IMG/VR virus record: IMGVR_UViG_2791355422_000001
Source: an uncultured virus (IMG/VR IMGVR_UViG_2791355422_000001)
Taxonomy: Duplodnaviria > Heunggongvirae > Uroviricota > Caudoviricetes
Direction: 5' to 3' (one strand)
Length of the DNA: 33,131 nucleotides
The first letter of the stretch is position 1. Each line of letters begins with the position of its first letter. Shown piece after piece: positions 8,953 to 19,193 of the stretch. Below the pieces are notes generated by a model, which was not told the DNA's origin, ran no database searches, and worked only from the letters and a program-made list of their open reading frames with translations. The translations under genes and the position numbers were made by a program.

Positions 8953-9359
8953 AAGCCGATCTCTGGCGCTACTACCAGCGGGACGTCCTGGACGTGCACC
9001 GCGGGGCGATGACGTGGCGACAGCTACGGGTGCTGATCCAGCACTTGCCGCCGGAGTCGTCGACGATGACGGCGCTGCGTAATCAGCTCTCCGACGATGA
9101 GCTTGCGGAGCAGGCCGAGCAGGGTGAGCCGGATAAGGGCCGTTGGTCGCAGTTGGAGCAGCTGACGGCGTCGGTCCTCGATGCGATCCGGCGATTTGAG
9201 TACGTGTACATCTGCTCGCACGTCGAGCACAAAAGGGACCGGCCTGCCTTGCCGGAGCCCACGCCTCGGCCGGGGGCGAAGCCGCGCAAACCGAAGCCGA
9301 AGATCACTGACCAGGCCGCCGAGCGCCTCTTCCAGCTCATCAACGGGGGCGCCGCGTAG
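8901..9359 (+). CDS. Tail assembly chaperone gpT part (made as gpGT fusion 8533-9359 by -1 frameshift)
   Basis: -1 frame reads IAWTQQVLQAHAEAVEADLWRYYQRDVLDVHRGAMTWRQLRVLIQHLPPES, a typical actinophage gpT. Confidence 0.82.
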   Translation, partial: GKIAWTQQVLQAHAEAVEADLWRYYQRDVLDVHRGAMTWRQLRVLIQHLPPESSTMTALRNQLSDDELAEQAEQGEPDKGRWSQLEQLTASVLDAIRRFEYVYICSHVEHKRDRPALPEPTPRPGAKPRKPKPKITDQAAERLFQLINGGAA

Positions 9360-9380
9360 CGCTGCGAGGGGAGGCCCCTC

Positions 9381-12300
9381 GTGCCAGCGATCAGTGTCGG
9401 CTCCGTCGAAGTTGATGTTGTTCCCAACACCCAGGGCATCTACGCCCGGCTGCAGTCCGCGCTGGTGCCCCCGGCGCGACGGGTGGGGGACGAGGTTGGC
9501 CGGATCATCGGGCAGCAGATCGCCCAGCACATCACACCGGCGGTCACTCAGGGCATCAACAACGGCGCCAGGGCCGCCAAGCCGGCTGCCACCAGACAGG
9601 GCAGCGAAACAGGCGGAGCCTTCGCCCGCTCGCTGAAGGCCCGCCTGGAGGCGGCATTCCGCAGCATGCCCAAGCTGGATGTCCGCCTGTCCGACACGGG
9701 CGTCGATGCGGACCTGGCCCGGCTGCGGGCGCGCCTGGAGACGCTGGCAGGCAAGACCGTCGGCATCGACATCGACGCCGAGCGGGCCCGTGCGGAGGCC
9801 GCCGACATCGAGGAGCGGCTGCGTCGTATCGGCGCGGCCCACCCGAATGTCGCGGTCCGCGCGGACACTGCGGCTGCCATCGCGCAGCTCCGCCTGCTGC
9901 GGGAGCAGATCGACGAGGTCAGCGCGCGCCCCGCCCATATCCGGGTGGAGACGGACGGCACTTTCGGGCAGCGGTTGCGGGCGGCTGTGCAGCAGGCCGA
10001 GGCCAGTCTCCCCAACATCAACATAGGCGCGGACACCACGCCCGCCGAGGTGGAGGTTGCTCGGCTGCGTGCCCAGCTGACGGCGCTGCGGGATGTGCGG
10101 ATCGGCGTCGACATGGACGTCGCCACCGCGACGGCCCGCATCGAGGCGATCCAGGCGCGCCTCCAGGCGCTGGCAGCGTCGGACGCGGATGTCGCTGTGC
10201 GCATCGACACTGGTGCCGCCGCCGGGCAACTCGCTGCGATCCGCGCACAGATCGCGGCTCTCGACGGCAAGCGCATCAACATCCGCACCGATGTCAGTAC
10301 AGCTCAGGCAACCGCCGCGCTGTTCCAGCTGACGGTGGCGCTCGGCGCGGTCGCCGCGATCCCTGCGATTCCGATCCTCGCTGCCGGCATCGGTGCGATT
10401 GCCTCGGCGGCTGTTGCCGCCGGGGCTGGCGTTGGCGCGCTCGCGGCCGTAGCGATCCCGGCTTTCGTCGGCATTGCCGGGGCCCTGCAGGCACAGAAGA
10501 CCGCCCAGGATGCGGCGGCGACCGCGTCTATCAAGGGCGGCCAGGCTGCCGGGCAGGGCGCGTCGAAGGCGCTGCAGATGGCCGGGGCGCAGCAGGCGCT
10601 GGCGACCGCGCACCGGAACGCGGCACGGCAGATCGGGCAGGCAGAGGACTCTGTCGCGGACGCGGTGCGGTCAGCGGCGGAGGCGAACCGGCAGGCTTCC
10701 CAGCAGGTCAAGGCTGCCCGCCAGTCGCTGGCGGATGCGGTGCAGCAGGCGGCGGACCGGCAGCGGGACGCCGCCGAGCGGGTGGCGCAGGCCGAGGATT
10801 CGCTGGCCGATGCGCAGCGCACCGCACGGCAGGCTCAGCAGGATCTCACCCAGGCCCGCAAGGACGCTGTCGCTGAACTCGCGGAGCTGTCGAACCGTCT
10901 GGCGGATGCGCAGCTCTCCGAGCGGGATGCCGCCCTGTCGGTCCAGGAGGCCCAACTCCGTCTGCGGGCGACGCAGGCTGTCGGGTCGAAGGCGACGGCG
11001 CTGGAGCAGCAGCGCGCCCAGCTGTCCTACGACCAGGCGGTACAGCGGCTCAAGGAGCAGCAGGCCGAGACGAAGCGCCTCTCGAACGAGAAGAGGGCTG
11101 CGGACAAGGCGGGCGTCGAAGGCTCGGAGACGGTTCGCAACGCGCAGGAGCGCCTGTCGGCCGCCGAGCGGGGGATTGCCGACCAGCAGAAGGCTCTCGG
11201 GAAGGCCCGCAACGAGGCGGCCCGCACACAGGTGCAGGGACAGCGGGACATCGCGGCGGCGCAGGAGAAGGTCGCCGAGTCGCAGCGCAACGTCACCCGT
11301 GTCCAGGAGGACGGGGCCCGCTCGGTTGCCCGTGCTCAGGAGTCTCTGGTGGCCGCGCAGCAGTCGGCTGCCGATTCGATCGCGAGTGCTCAGCGTCAGA
11401 TTGCCTCCGCGTCGCAGCAGGCGGCCGGGGGTGTGGATCAGGCTGCCGTCGCGCAGGCCAAGTACCAGGCTGCTCTGGCCAAGCTGACGCCGTCCGCGCG
11501 GGCGACGTTCAGCGCGTTCGTCGATTTGAAGGGCGCGTTCGGTGCCTGGTCTGAGTCGCTGCAGCCCCGGGTCATGCCGATCTTCACGCGGGCGCTGCTC
11601 GGGCTGAAGAACGCGCTGCCGGGGCTGACGCCGTTCGTGAAGGCCGCCGCGGACGCGATCGGTGAACTCCAGGATCGCGCGAGCCGGGGCTTCAAGTCGG
11701 AGGGCTGGAAGGAGTTCAAGACCGATCTGGCGGGCGCCACACGGCCCGCGATCATCGGTCTCGGTGTGGCCTTCGCGAACCTGTTCAAGGGCATGGGCGG
11801 GATCATCCAGGCCTTCCTGCCGCACATGGACTCGATCTCGACGCGGATGCAGGCCATCACCGGCCGCTTCGCCGCGTGGGGTGCGGGCCTGAAGGGTTCG
11901 CCGGCGTTCGAGCGGTTCTTGGCCTATGCGGCGGAGAACGGGCCGCTGGTCGCCCGCACCATCGGCGACATCAGCTCGGCGTTCTATCAGGTCGCCAAGG
12001 CGCTGTCGCCGCTGTCGGGGCCGGTGCTGGAGGTGCTGGGTGCGCTGGCCCGCGGTCTGGCGTCGATCGCGACGACGCTGCCGTGGCTGATCCAGGGCAT
12101 GTACCTCGCCTACATCGCGACGCGCCTGTGGACGATCGCGATGTTCCTGTTCAACACGGTCATGTCGGCGAACCCTCTGGTGCTGGTCGGGTTGGCGATT
12201 GTTGCCCTCGTCGGCTTCGTCATCTACGCGTACAAGCACTTCTCCTGGTTCCGGCAGGGCGTGCAGGCTGCCTGGTCGGGCATCCAGACGGCTGCGTCAG

Positions 12301-14501
12301 CGGCCTGGACCGGCTTCCTGAAGCCCGTGTTCGACGGGATCTCGCTCGGGGCCCAGAAGGCGGGCCGGTGGGCCACGTGGCTGTGGCGGAACGGCATCAA
12401 GCCAGCGTTCGACGGGATCTCCCTGGGCGCGCGCATCCTTGCCGGCGTCATTGCCGTGGTGCTCATCGCGCCCATGGTGATCGCGTTCCGGCTTGCCGGG
12501 GCGACGGGGTCGTGGCTGTGGCGGGTGGCGCTTGGCCCGGCGTTCCGGAACATCGGCGGGGGAGCCAAGTGGCTGTACCGCAGTGCGATCAAGCCTGCGT
12601 TCGACGGGATCGGTGGTTCTGCTCGCTGGCTGTTCCGGGGCGTGGTCAAGCCTGCGATGGACGGCATCGTTACGTCGTTCCGTTTCGTCGGGCGGACGGG
12701 CGCGTGGCTGTATGAGAAGGCGATCCGGCCTGCCCTGCGGGGTATCGGCAGCGTGGCGTCGTGGCTGTGGCGGTCGTCGATCAGGCCGACGTTCGGGTTC
12801 ATCTCGGACAAGGCGAAGTGGCTGTACAGCCGGGGCCTGAAGCCGGCCTTCGATAAGATCAAGTCTGCGGTGCGCCTGGTCGGTGCGGCCTTCGGCAGGG
12901 CGAAGGATGCAATCGAGAAGGCCTTCGGGCAGATCAAGAAGATCACAGCGGAGCCCGTCAACTTCGTGATCGAATGGGTGTACACGAAGGGCATCAAGGC
13001 GGTCTGGGACAAGGTCGCAAAGTTCGTTGGGCTCGACAAACTGCCCGACGCACCCAACCTCCTCGCCGCAGGCGGCACCGTCGGCGATGGCTTCGGCCGG
13101 GCTCGCCCGATGAAGGTCAACCGGCCCACCGCGATCGTAGGCGAGGGGCGCAGCCAGTATCCGGAATTCGTGATTCCCACGGACCCGCGATACCGCAATC
13201 GTGCGCAGGCTCTGCACGCGGCGGCGGGCACGAAGCTCATGGCGGCGGGCGGCTTCCTCGGGCCGATCGGCAACGCCTGGGACTGGACAAAGGACACCGT
13301 CGGCGACGTTGTCGGCAAGGGCATCGACTGGGCGAAGACCGGCGCCGACCTGATCGCACATCCGTCCAAGGTGTGGTCGAAGCTCGTCAGACCGATCCTG
13401 TCCAAGGTTACGAAGGGGGTCGGTACGGCCCCGGTGGGCAAAGCCATCGCGAAGTTCCCGCGGAAGATGGTGTCCGGCCTCAAAAACAAGATCGTCGACG
13501 CCGTGTCGTCGATGTTCGCTGGAGGCGGCGGCGCCGAGTGGCTCAAGCCCGTCAAGGCAAAGTACGGCACCCGCTTCGGGGTGCCCGGCAGCATGTGGTC
13601 GTCCGGCCGCCACACCGGCCTCGACTTCCCCGCTGCGACCGGCACACCGATCCGCGCCGTCAGCGACGGCACCGTCTCCCAGGTCGCCTCCGGCGGCCCC
13701 TACGGCAAGCACGTCCAGATCGACCACGGCGGCGGCCTGTCATCGTTCTACGCCCACATGTCGGCGATCCTCGCCAAGCTGCACAAGCACGTGAACCGCG
13801 GCACGACGATCGGCGAGGTCGGGGCGACCGGCAACACCACCGGCCCGCACCTCCACCTCGAGGCCCGGCGAAACGGCAGCCCCGTGGATCCGATGCCGTT
13901 TCTCACCAGCAGCGGAGGCAAGGGCCTCCCGAGCGCAGCCGTCGGGGCCGCACAGCAGTACGCCAAGTCGATCCTGCACCGCTACGGCTGGGGACCCTCA
14001 CAGTTCGGGCCCCTGAAGAAGCTCTGGGAAGGGGAGTCTAACTGGCGCTGGGATGCCCTTAATCGCAGTTCAGGGGCCTACGGCATCCCGCAATCGCTGC
14101 CAGCTTCGAAGATGCGGTCGGCGGGCGCCGACTACCTGACGAACTACAAGACCCAGATCCGTTGGGGTCTCGGCTACATCAAGGGCCGCCCGGACTACGG
14201 CAGCCCATCCAAGGCCTACTCCAAGTGGCTGGCCCGCAGGCCGCACTGGTACGACCAGGGCGGCATGCTCCAGCCCGGCCTCAACCTCGCCTACAACGGC
14301 ACCGGCCGCCCCGAGCCCGTGTTCACGCAGGCGCAGGCCAGCGCCCTGACCCGGCTCGCTCTCTCGCCGACGGCGGGCGGGGGCGGCGAGTTCACCGGCG
14401 ACCTGTACCTCGACTCCGGCGTCTTCCTCGGTCACGTGCGTGGCGAGGTGCAGCAGACCTTCGCCGATCTCACCACGACGCTGCGCTCCGGGAGGAGGTG
14501 A
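9381..14501 (+). CDS. Tape measure protein with C-terminal M23 peptidase and lytic transglycosylase-like domains
   Basis: 1706 aa, Ala-rich helical, coiled coils, TM stretches, Trp-containing repeats; HTGLDF, YAHMS, TGPHLHLE (M23); ESNW, SGAYGIPQSLP (LT). Confidence 0.93.
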   Translation: MPAISVGSVEVDVVPNTQGIYARLQSALVPPARRVGDEVGRIIGQQIAQHITPAVTQGINNGARAAKPAATRQGSETGGAFARSLKARLEAAFRSMPKLDVRLSDTGVDADLARLRARLETLAGKTVGIDIDAERARAEAADIEERLRRIGAAHPNVAVRADTAAAIAQLRLLREQIDEVSARPAHIRVETDGTFGQRLRAAVQQAEASLPNINIGADTTPAEVEVARLRAQLTALRDVRIGVDMDVATATARIEAIQARLQALAASDADVAVRIDTGAAAGQLAAIRAQIAALDGKRINIRTDVSTAQATAALFQLTVALGAVAAIPAIPILAAGIGAIASAAVAAGAGVGALAAVAIPAFVGIAGALQAQKTAQDAAATASIKGGQAAGQGASKALQMAGAQQALATAHRNAARQIGQAEDSVADAVRSAAEANRQASQQVKAARQSLADAVQQAADRQRDAAERVAQAEDSLADAQRTARQAQQDLTQARKDAVAELAELSNRLADAQLSERDAALSVQEAQLRLRATQAVGSKATALEQQRAQLSYDQAVQRLKEQQAETKRLSNEKRAADKAGVEGSETVRNAQERLSAAERGIADQQKALGKARNEAARTQVQGQRDIAAAQEKVAESQRNVTRVQEDGARSVARAQESLVAAQQSAADSIASAQRQIASASQQAAGGVDQAAVAQAKYQAALAKLTPSARATFSAFVDLKGAFGAWSESLQPRVMPIFTRALLGLKNALPGLTPFVKAAADAIGELQDRASRGFKSEGWKEFKTDLAGATRPAIIGLGVAFANLFKGMGGIIQAFLPHMDSISTRMQAITGRFAAWGAGLKGSPAFERFLAYAAENGPLVARTIGDISSAFYQVAKALSPLSGPVLEVLGALARGLASIATTLPWLIQGMYLAYIATRLWTIAMFLFNTVMSANPLVLVGLAIVALVGFVIYAYKHFSWFRQGVQAAWSGIQTAASAAWTGFLKPVFDGISLGAQKAGRWATWLWRNGIKPAFDGISLGARILAGVIAVVLIAPMVIAFRLAGATGSWLWRVALGPAFRNIGGGAKWLYRSAIKPAFDGIGGSARWLFRGVVKPAMDGIVTSFRFVGRTGAWLYEKAIRPALRGIGSVASWLWRSSIRPTFGFISDKAKWLYSRGLKPAFDKIKSAVRLVGAAFGRAKDAIEKAFGQIKKITAEPVNFVIEWVYTKGIKAVWDKVAKFVGLDKLPDAPNLLAAGGTVGDGFGRARPMKVNRPTAIVGEGRSQYPEFVIPTDPRYRNRAQALHAAAGTKLMAAGGFLGPIGNAWDWTKDTVGDVVGKGIDWAKTGADLIAHPSKVWSKLVRPILSKVTKGVGTAPVGKAIAKFPRKMVSGLKNKIVDAVSSMFAGGGGAEWLKPVKAKYGTRFGVPGSMWSSGRHTGLDFPAATGTPIRAVSDGTVSQVASGGPYGKHVQIDHGGGLSSFYAHMSAILAKLHKHVNRGTTIGEVGATGNTTGPHLHLEARRNGSPVDPMPFLTSSGGKGLPSAAVGAAQQYAKSILHRYGWGPSQFGPLKKLWEGESNWRWDALNRSSGAYGIPQSLPASKMRSAGADYLTNYKTQIRWGLGYIKGRPDYGSPSKAYSKWLARRPHWYDQGGMLQPGLNLAYNGTGRPEPVFTQAQASALTRLALSPTAGGGGEFTGDLYLDSGVFLGHVRGEVQQTFADLTTTLRSGRR

Positions 14502-14504
14502 CCT

Positions 14505-16739
14505 GTGGCGATCCCCGGCAACCTGCTGTCCGCCACCACCTCAGAGGTCGACCCGAATACGAGCGGCTGGACGGCGAAGCTCAATGCGACGCTGCTCAAG
14601 GGCACTGGCGGCCGGGTCGGCGACGGCTGCCTCATCGTCAAAAGCGTGGCAGCGGGCGAGATGCAGGCCCGCACCGTCTCCTCCTACCCGGTCACCGCGG
14701 GGACCGTCTACCAGACGTTCGCCGATGCCGCGGGCACGGTCGTCGAGCGGATCGGGATCCGCTGGCTGACCGCCACCAACAGCGAGATCTCGGTGACGTG
14801 GTCGCTGTACACGGCGGCGGCGTCCAGCGGCTGGCACCGTGTCGGCGTCGCCGGGATGGCGCCGGCCGGGGCGACTCAGGCGCAGGTGCTGCTGTCGTCC
14901 AGCCCGGCGGCCGGGCTGGTCAACCAGTACTGGGAGAACGTCTACCTCGGCCTGCCGATCCGGACGACCGGAAATCTCTTCGGGTTCGCCACCGAGTCCG
15001 CCGAGATCGATGCGTCGGGCTGGGCGCCCGAGGTCAACGCTTCCGTCACCCGGCAGGTTCCCGCAGTGTCGTGGGCGACCAGTAACTACCTGGTCGGCGC
15101 GCACGTCATCGCCATAACGGCCACCGGGGCCGGCAACGCATCGGCGGTCTCCACTGACCGCCCGGCGGTCACGCCGGGCACCGACTATCTGGCCTATATC
15201 TACCTCAACCCGCCCACTCTGGCGGCGGACACGTGGGTGGAGCTGCGCTACTACGACGCCAACGGCAACCAGATCTCCGCCACCCGCTCCAGCTTGGTGC
15301 AGCCCACCCCGGGATCGGGCTGGTACCGACAGCGGGCCTCCGCCGTGGCCCCCGCCAACGCGGCAACCTGCTCGATCGCCGCAGGCATCAACGGGGCCAG
15401 CGCCGGCCAAGTGCTGCGGATCGAGGGCGCCGTCGTCACGACCGCGCCCGTTCTGCAGGCGGGCACGATCCTGTCGTATGCCGACGGGTCGTTCGAGCAA
15501 GGCGTCGCCGGGTGGACCCGCCCCTCTGGGGTCGCGGTCATCGCACGGTCCACGCCGTGGGGGCAGACCGCCTACGAGGGCGCCTACTCGCTATCGGTCA
15601 CGTCGGCGACGGCCACCGCCAGCGTTGTCCGCTCCGGCCGCTTCGCGGCGCCAGGCGGTACCGGCATCAGCTACCGGGCGCAGATCATTGCCTCTCTCGG
15701 CGCTGGATCGTGGACAGCGAACATCAAGGTCCGCTGGTACGACGCGGCAAACGCCGACCTCGGCACCACAGGCGGCACCACCTACAACGTGCCGGGCGCC
15801 TCCTGGTACGCCATGTCCACCGACGCGTCGGTGCCCGCAACCGCCACCCAGGCCGCCATCGAACTGACCCTCACCGCTGGCGCCACCAACGCGGCAATGT
15901 TCATCGACATGCCCGCGCTGTGGCAGGCGCTGCCGCTCACCGCCGTCCAGGTCGTCGACGACACGGCCAGCATCACGCTCACGCTCCGCGAACTGATCGT
16001 CGGCCAGGCGATCAGCGTGTACCGGGAGGGCGCCGACGGCATCCGCATCCTCGTGCGCGGGCCGGAAGGCCTCCTCGACAGGGAGCCGATCACCTCGGAC
16101 CTGATGGTCATCGAGGACTACGAGGCACCCCTCGGCGTACCCGTGCGCTACCGCATCGAACTGTGGCCCGCCGGTGCCACCAGCCCCGGCACCCGTACCT
16201 CGGACACGGTCACCATCTCCGCAGGCGACATCAACCTGTCCTGGCTGAAAGATCCCGGGAACCCGCAGCGCAACATGCGGCTGATGATCTCGAAGCCGCC
16301 GGACTGGAACCGGCCCATCGAGCAGTCGACCTACCGGGTCAAGGGCCGCCGGAACACGGTCACCCTGTCCGGGATCCGCGGCGGCCTGGAAGGCGATCTC
16401 ACGCTGTGGACCCGCACTGACGACGAACGCGCCGCCCTGCACTGGCTGCTCGACTCCGGCAGCACGCTGCTGTGGCAGTCCGCCCCCGGCATGGGTGTCG
16501 CGGACATGTACGTCACCGTCGCCCAGGCCACCGAGGCCAGGGTCGGTGGTACGGCCATGGAGCTGTATCGCGCCTGGACGCTGCCGCTCACCGAGACCGA
16601 CATGCCCGTCACGACAGGCGTGGGCGGCTCCGCAGGCCGCACCTGGCAGGACATCCTCGCCGAGTTCGAAACCTGGGGCGATCTCCTCACCACATACGCC
16701 ACTTGGGAGGACATCCTCCTCGACCAGCGGATGGGGTGA
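14505..16739 (+). CDS. Minor tail protein / evolved distal tail protein with carbohydrate-binding-like repeats
   Basis: First gene after TMP; three beta-sandwich-like repeats (N....S.E...GW ... RWYDA.. AP..AT.A), then EDYEAPLGVPVRYR and WLKDPG Dit-like domain. Confidence 0.75.
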   Translation: MAIPGNLLSATTSEVDPNTSGWTAKLNATLLKGTGGRVGDGCLIVKSVAAGEMQARTVSSYPVTAGTVYQTFADAAGTVVERIGIRWLTATNSEISVTWSLYTAAASSGWHRVGVAGMAPAGATQAQVLLSSSPAAGLVNQYWENVYLGLPIRTTGNLFGFATESAEIDASGWAPEVNASVTRQVPAVSWATSNYLVGAHVIAITATGAGNASAVSTDRPAVTPGTDYLAYIYLNPPTLAADTWVELRYYDANGNQISATRSSLVQPTPGSGWYRQRASAVAPANAATCSIAAGINGASAGQVLRIEGAVVTTAPVLQAGTILSYADGSFEQGVAGWTRPSGVAVIARSTPWGQTAYEGAYSLSVTSATATASVVRSGRFAAPGGTGISYRAQIIASLGAGSWTANIKVRWYDAANADLGTTGGTTYNVPGASWYAMSTDASVPATATQAAIELTLTAGATNAAMFIDMPALWQALPLTAVQVVDDTASITLTLRELIVGQAISVYREGADGIRILVRGPEGLLDREPITSDLMVIEDYEAPLGVPVRYRIELWPAGATSPGTRTSDTVTISAGDINLSWLKDPGNPQRNMRLMISKPPDWNRPIEQSTYRVKGRRNTVTLSGIRGGLEGDLTLWTRTDDERAALHWLLDSGSTLLWQSAPGMGVADMYVTVAQATEARVGGTAMELYRAWTLPLTETDMPVTTGVGGSAGRTWQDILAEFETWGDLLTTYATWEDILLDQRMG

Positions 16740-16742
16740 TCC

Positions 16743-17834
16743 ATGTACCCCACGAGCGACCGGTTCCTGCCGCGCCTCGGCGAGTCCCACATCCCCGTCA
16801 CCGAGGTGAAGCTGTTCAAGACCGACGGATCGGTGGTGACGCTCGAGCACACGGGCGGCTCGGTGCCGGTCGACCGTGGGCAGGCCATCCGCCGCACCTG
16901 CACCGTTACCACCGCCGACGTTTCCCTGATCCCGCGCACACCGACGGACCAGCTGGCCGTGTACGGGGCGCATCTGCGGATCGCCCGTGGTGTCACCTAC
17001 GGCGACGGCTCCCAGGAGCTCGTCCCCCTCGGGGTGTTCAGGCTGGACGGCGTGGACGGCGACCCGGCAGACGGACCCGTCACCCTGCAAGGCAAGTCGC
17101 TGGAGGCGTGCGTCGCCGACGACAAGCTGACCGAACCGTGGAAAGCAACCGGCACTGTCGTCGGCGCCGCGACCGCCCTAATCCAGCGGTCCCTGCCGAC
17201 GGCGGATGTCATCAGCCTCATCGTCGACAGCCCAATCGGAGCACGGACGTTCGACGTTGAAGCTGATCCTTGGGCGGGCGTGCAGGAGATCGTGGCCGCC
17301 GCCGGAGCCGAGTGCTACACGAACGCCGACGGCGTCTTCGTCATCGCGGCCTTGCCCGACCTGCTGACGACGCCCGCAGCTTGGGAAGTCGCCGCGGAGG
17401 ACGGCGGCGTGTACGTGTCGGGCAGCCGCGCCATGAGCAGCGACCAGGTGTTCAACGGGGTCCTGGCGCGAGGCGAGAACACGGAGGAGAACGTTCCGCC
17501 GGTCAGCTACCTGGCCACGGACGACGACCCCAACTCGCCGACCTACTGGGGCGGACCGTTTGGCAAGCGACCGGACTTCTACAGCTCCAGCACGCTCACC
17601 ACCGTTAACGCGTGCGCTCAGGCCGCGAACCTGAAGCTCGCGGCGGGCAAGGCCCCCAACGCCAAGGGTGACTTCAGCGCCTTGCCGAATCCGGCCTTGG
17701 AGTGCGGCGACGTCATCCGGGTCATCCATCCTGACGGCACCCGCGAGCTCCACCAAGTGCAGTCCTTTTCCGTCCCGCTGGATACCGGCGGCGACTTCCC
17801 GATCACCACCATCAGCGCCAAGGAGGACGGATGA
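16743..17834 (+). CDS. Baseplate hub-like minor tail protein (DUF5047-like)
   Basis: GGSV.VDR...IRRTC, ELVPLGVF, SPTYWGGPFG, PNPALE.GDV; second gene after TMP. Confidence 0.78.
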   Translation: MYPTSDRFLPRLGESHIPVTEVKLFKTDGSVVTLEHTGGSVPVDRGQAIRRTCTVTTADVSLIPRTPTDQLAVYGAHLRIARGVTYGDGSQELVPLGVFRLDGVDGDPADGPVTLQGKSLEACVADDKLTEPWKATGTVVGAATALIQRSLPTADVISLIVDSPIGARTFDVEADPWAGVQEIVAAAGAECYTNADGVFVIAALPDLLTTPAAWEVAAEDGGVYVSGSRAMSSDQVFNGVLARGENTEENVPPVSYLATDDDPNSPTYWGGPFGKRPDFYSSSTLTTVNACAQAANLKLAAGKAPNAKGDFSALPNPALECGDVIRVIHPDGTRELHQVQSFSVPLDTGGDFPITTISAKEDG

Positions 17835-18499
17835 AGTCGACCTTCGGCAGCGTGCAGAACCTCGCCGACGCCCTCCAGAAGCAGGCAGTCGACGCCGGCG
17901 CGAAAGCCCCGAGTGTGCGCGGCGCGGACTGGCGGCTTGCCACCGTGCAGACCGTCAATGCGAGTGGCACGGTCGTCACGACCGACGGCATCACGGTGCG
18001 GCGCCTGGAGACGTACACGCTGCCGCTCGTCGGCGACGTCATCGCCATCACCCAGTCTTCGGCCGGGAACTGGCTGGCATTCGGCCGGCTCAGCAGCGGT
18101 GATCCGGGGTGGACGACGCCGACGCTCGGCACCGGCTACACGCAGGGCAACAGCTCCAGCCAGGGCAACAACAACGGCCCGATCCGCTACCGCCGCATCA
18201 ACGTGCAGGGCACGTGGTTCATGGAGTGGGACGGTGCCGCCACCCGCACCAGCGGGGCCCAGACCTCGAACATCCTGAACGCTGCCCTGGCCACGCAGTT
18301 CAGGCCCGTCAACCGCGCCTCGATGGTCATCGCCCGCAACGCCGCCGACATCACCGGCACCGCGAACAGCACCTCCGTGTACCACTCCTGCAAGGTCGAC
18401 TTCCAGCAGGACGGAACCGTCTCCCTGGTCAGCGCCACAGTCGGTAGCGCAGAGGCCACCTGGATCAGCCTCAAGGGCTGCCGCTACCCCCTCGACTGA
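17831..18499 (+). CDS. Minor tail protein / possible receptor-binding protein
   Basis: ATGA coupling; OB-like N-terminus (Y.P.VGD.I), beta-rich C-terminus ending WISL.G..YP.D. Confidence 0.65.
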   Translation: MKSTFGSVQNLADALQKQAVDAGAKAPSVRGADWRLATVQTVNASGTVVTTDGITVRRLETYTLPLVGDVIAITQSSAGNWLAFGRLSSGDPGWTTPTLGTGYTQGNSSSQGNNNGPIRYRRINVQGTWFMEWDGAATRTSGAQTSNILNAALATQFRPVNRASMVIARNAADITGTANSTSVYHSCKVDFQQDGTVSLVSATVGSAEATWISLKGCRYPLD

Positions 18500-18510
18500 A
18501 AGGCCCGCTC

Positions 18511-19131
18511 GTGCCGATCACGGATGACTACGGGCAGGGCATCAACATCGCCTCGCTCACCGACGCCCCCGACGCAGGCAAGCTCGCGAAGGACATCACC
18601 AACGCCCTCGCCCAACGCGGCACCCTGCGGTACGCCTCCGCGTCCGCCCGCTCTGCGACCCTCACTGGCGCCGCCGCTCCCGTCGAGGGCATGCAGACGT
18701 GGCTCCAGGACGTGAACCGCCTCGACGTGTACGACGGATCGGGGTGGGTGGCCGTGTCGACGGGCGCTTCGGCATGGACGACGATCTCGCTGGCCAGCGG
18801 ATTCACGCAGAACGGCAACAGCAACGGCACCCTGCAGTACCGGCTGCTCAACATCTCCGGCGAGGAGAGCCTCCAGTTCCGTGGAGCAGTCGGCCGGTCG
18901 TCGTATCCGTCGTCCCCGCCGAGCAGCTACGTCATCAACTCGACCGCGCTGCCCAGCGCCGTGCGCCCGGCGACCCTGCGCACCGTCGTCATCCCCTGCT
19001 CCGACGTGAGCAGCGACCGCATCACACTCAAGCTCGACGTGCGTACTGACGGCTATCTGGAGGTCTTCGGATTCTCCTCCGGCGTGAAACCGCCGTGGAT
19101 CGGCTTCAACGGCACTGTCGTCAGCCTCTGA
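18511..19131 (+). CDS. Minor tail / tail fiber protein
   Basis: RYASASARSA.L..PVEGM.TWLQD.N..VYDG..W adaptor motif; LP..VRP beta-rich C-terminal domain. Confidence 0.7.
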   Translation: MPITDDYGQGINIASLTDAPDAGKLAKDITNALAQRGTLRYASASARSATLTGAAAPVEGMQTWLQDVNRLDVYDGSGWVAVSTGASAWTTISLASGFTQNGNSNGTLQYRLLNISGEESLQFRGAVGRSSYPSSPPSSYVINSTALPSAVRPATLRTVVIPCSDVSSDRITLKLDVRTDGYLEVFGFSSGVKPPWIGFNGTVVSL

Positions 19132-19155
19132 CCAGCACGGCCCCGCAGCCGCTCC

Positions 19156-19177
19156 GCCCCTTGGCTGGGGCTTTCTT
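19156..19177 (+). terminator. Stem-loop with T-rich tail after tail genes
   Basis: GCCCC-ttggct-GGGGC followed by TTTCTT. Confidence 0.5.
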
Positions 19178-19193
19178 CATGTCTGGAGGCGTC

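Noticed and set aside
12300..12870. Periodic repeats in the tape measure (KPAFDGI / WLW, WLY)
   Set aside because: Ordinary Trp/Phe-spaced tape measure repeats, not a CRISPR array or DGR template
1047..17756. Many long minus-strand and alternate-frame ORFs over the late genes (e.g. 1240-2478, 4813-6483, 9024-10613, 10671-12239, 12224-13672, 15591-17090)
   Set aside because: Shadow ORFs expected in high-GC DNA; they overlap clear phage genes and lack motifs or SD sites
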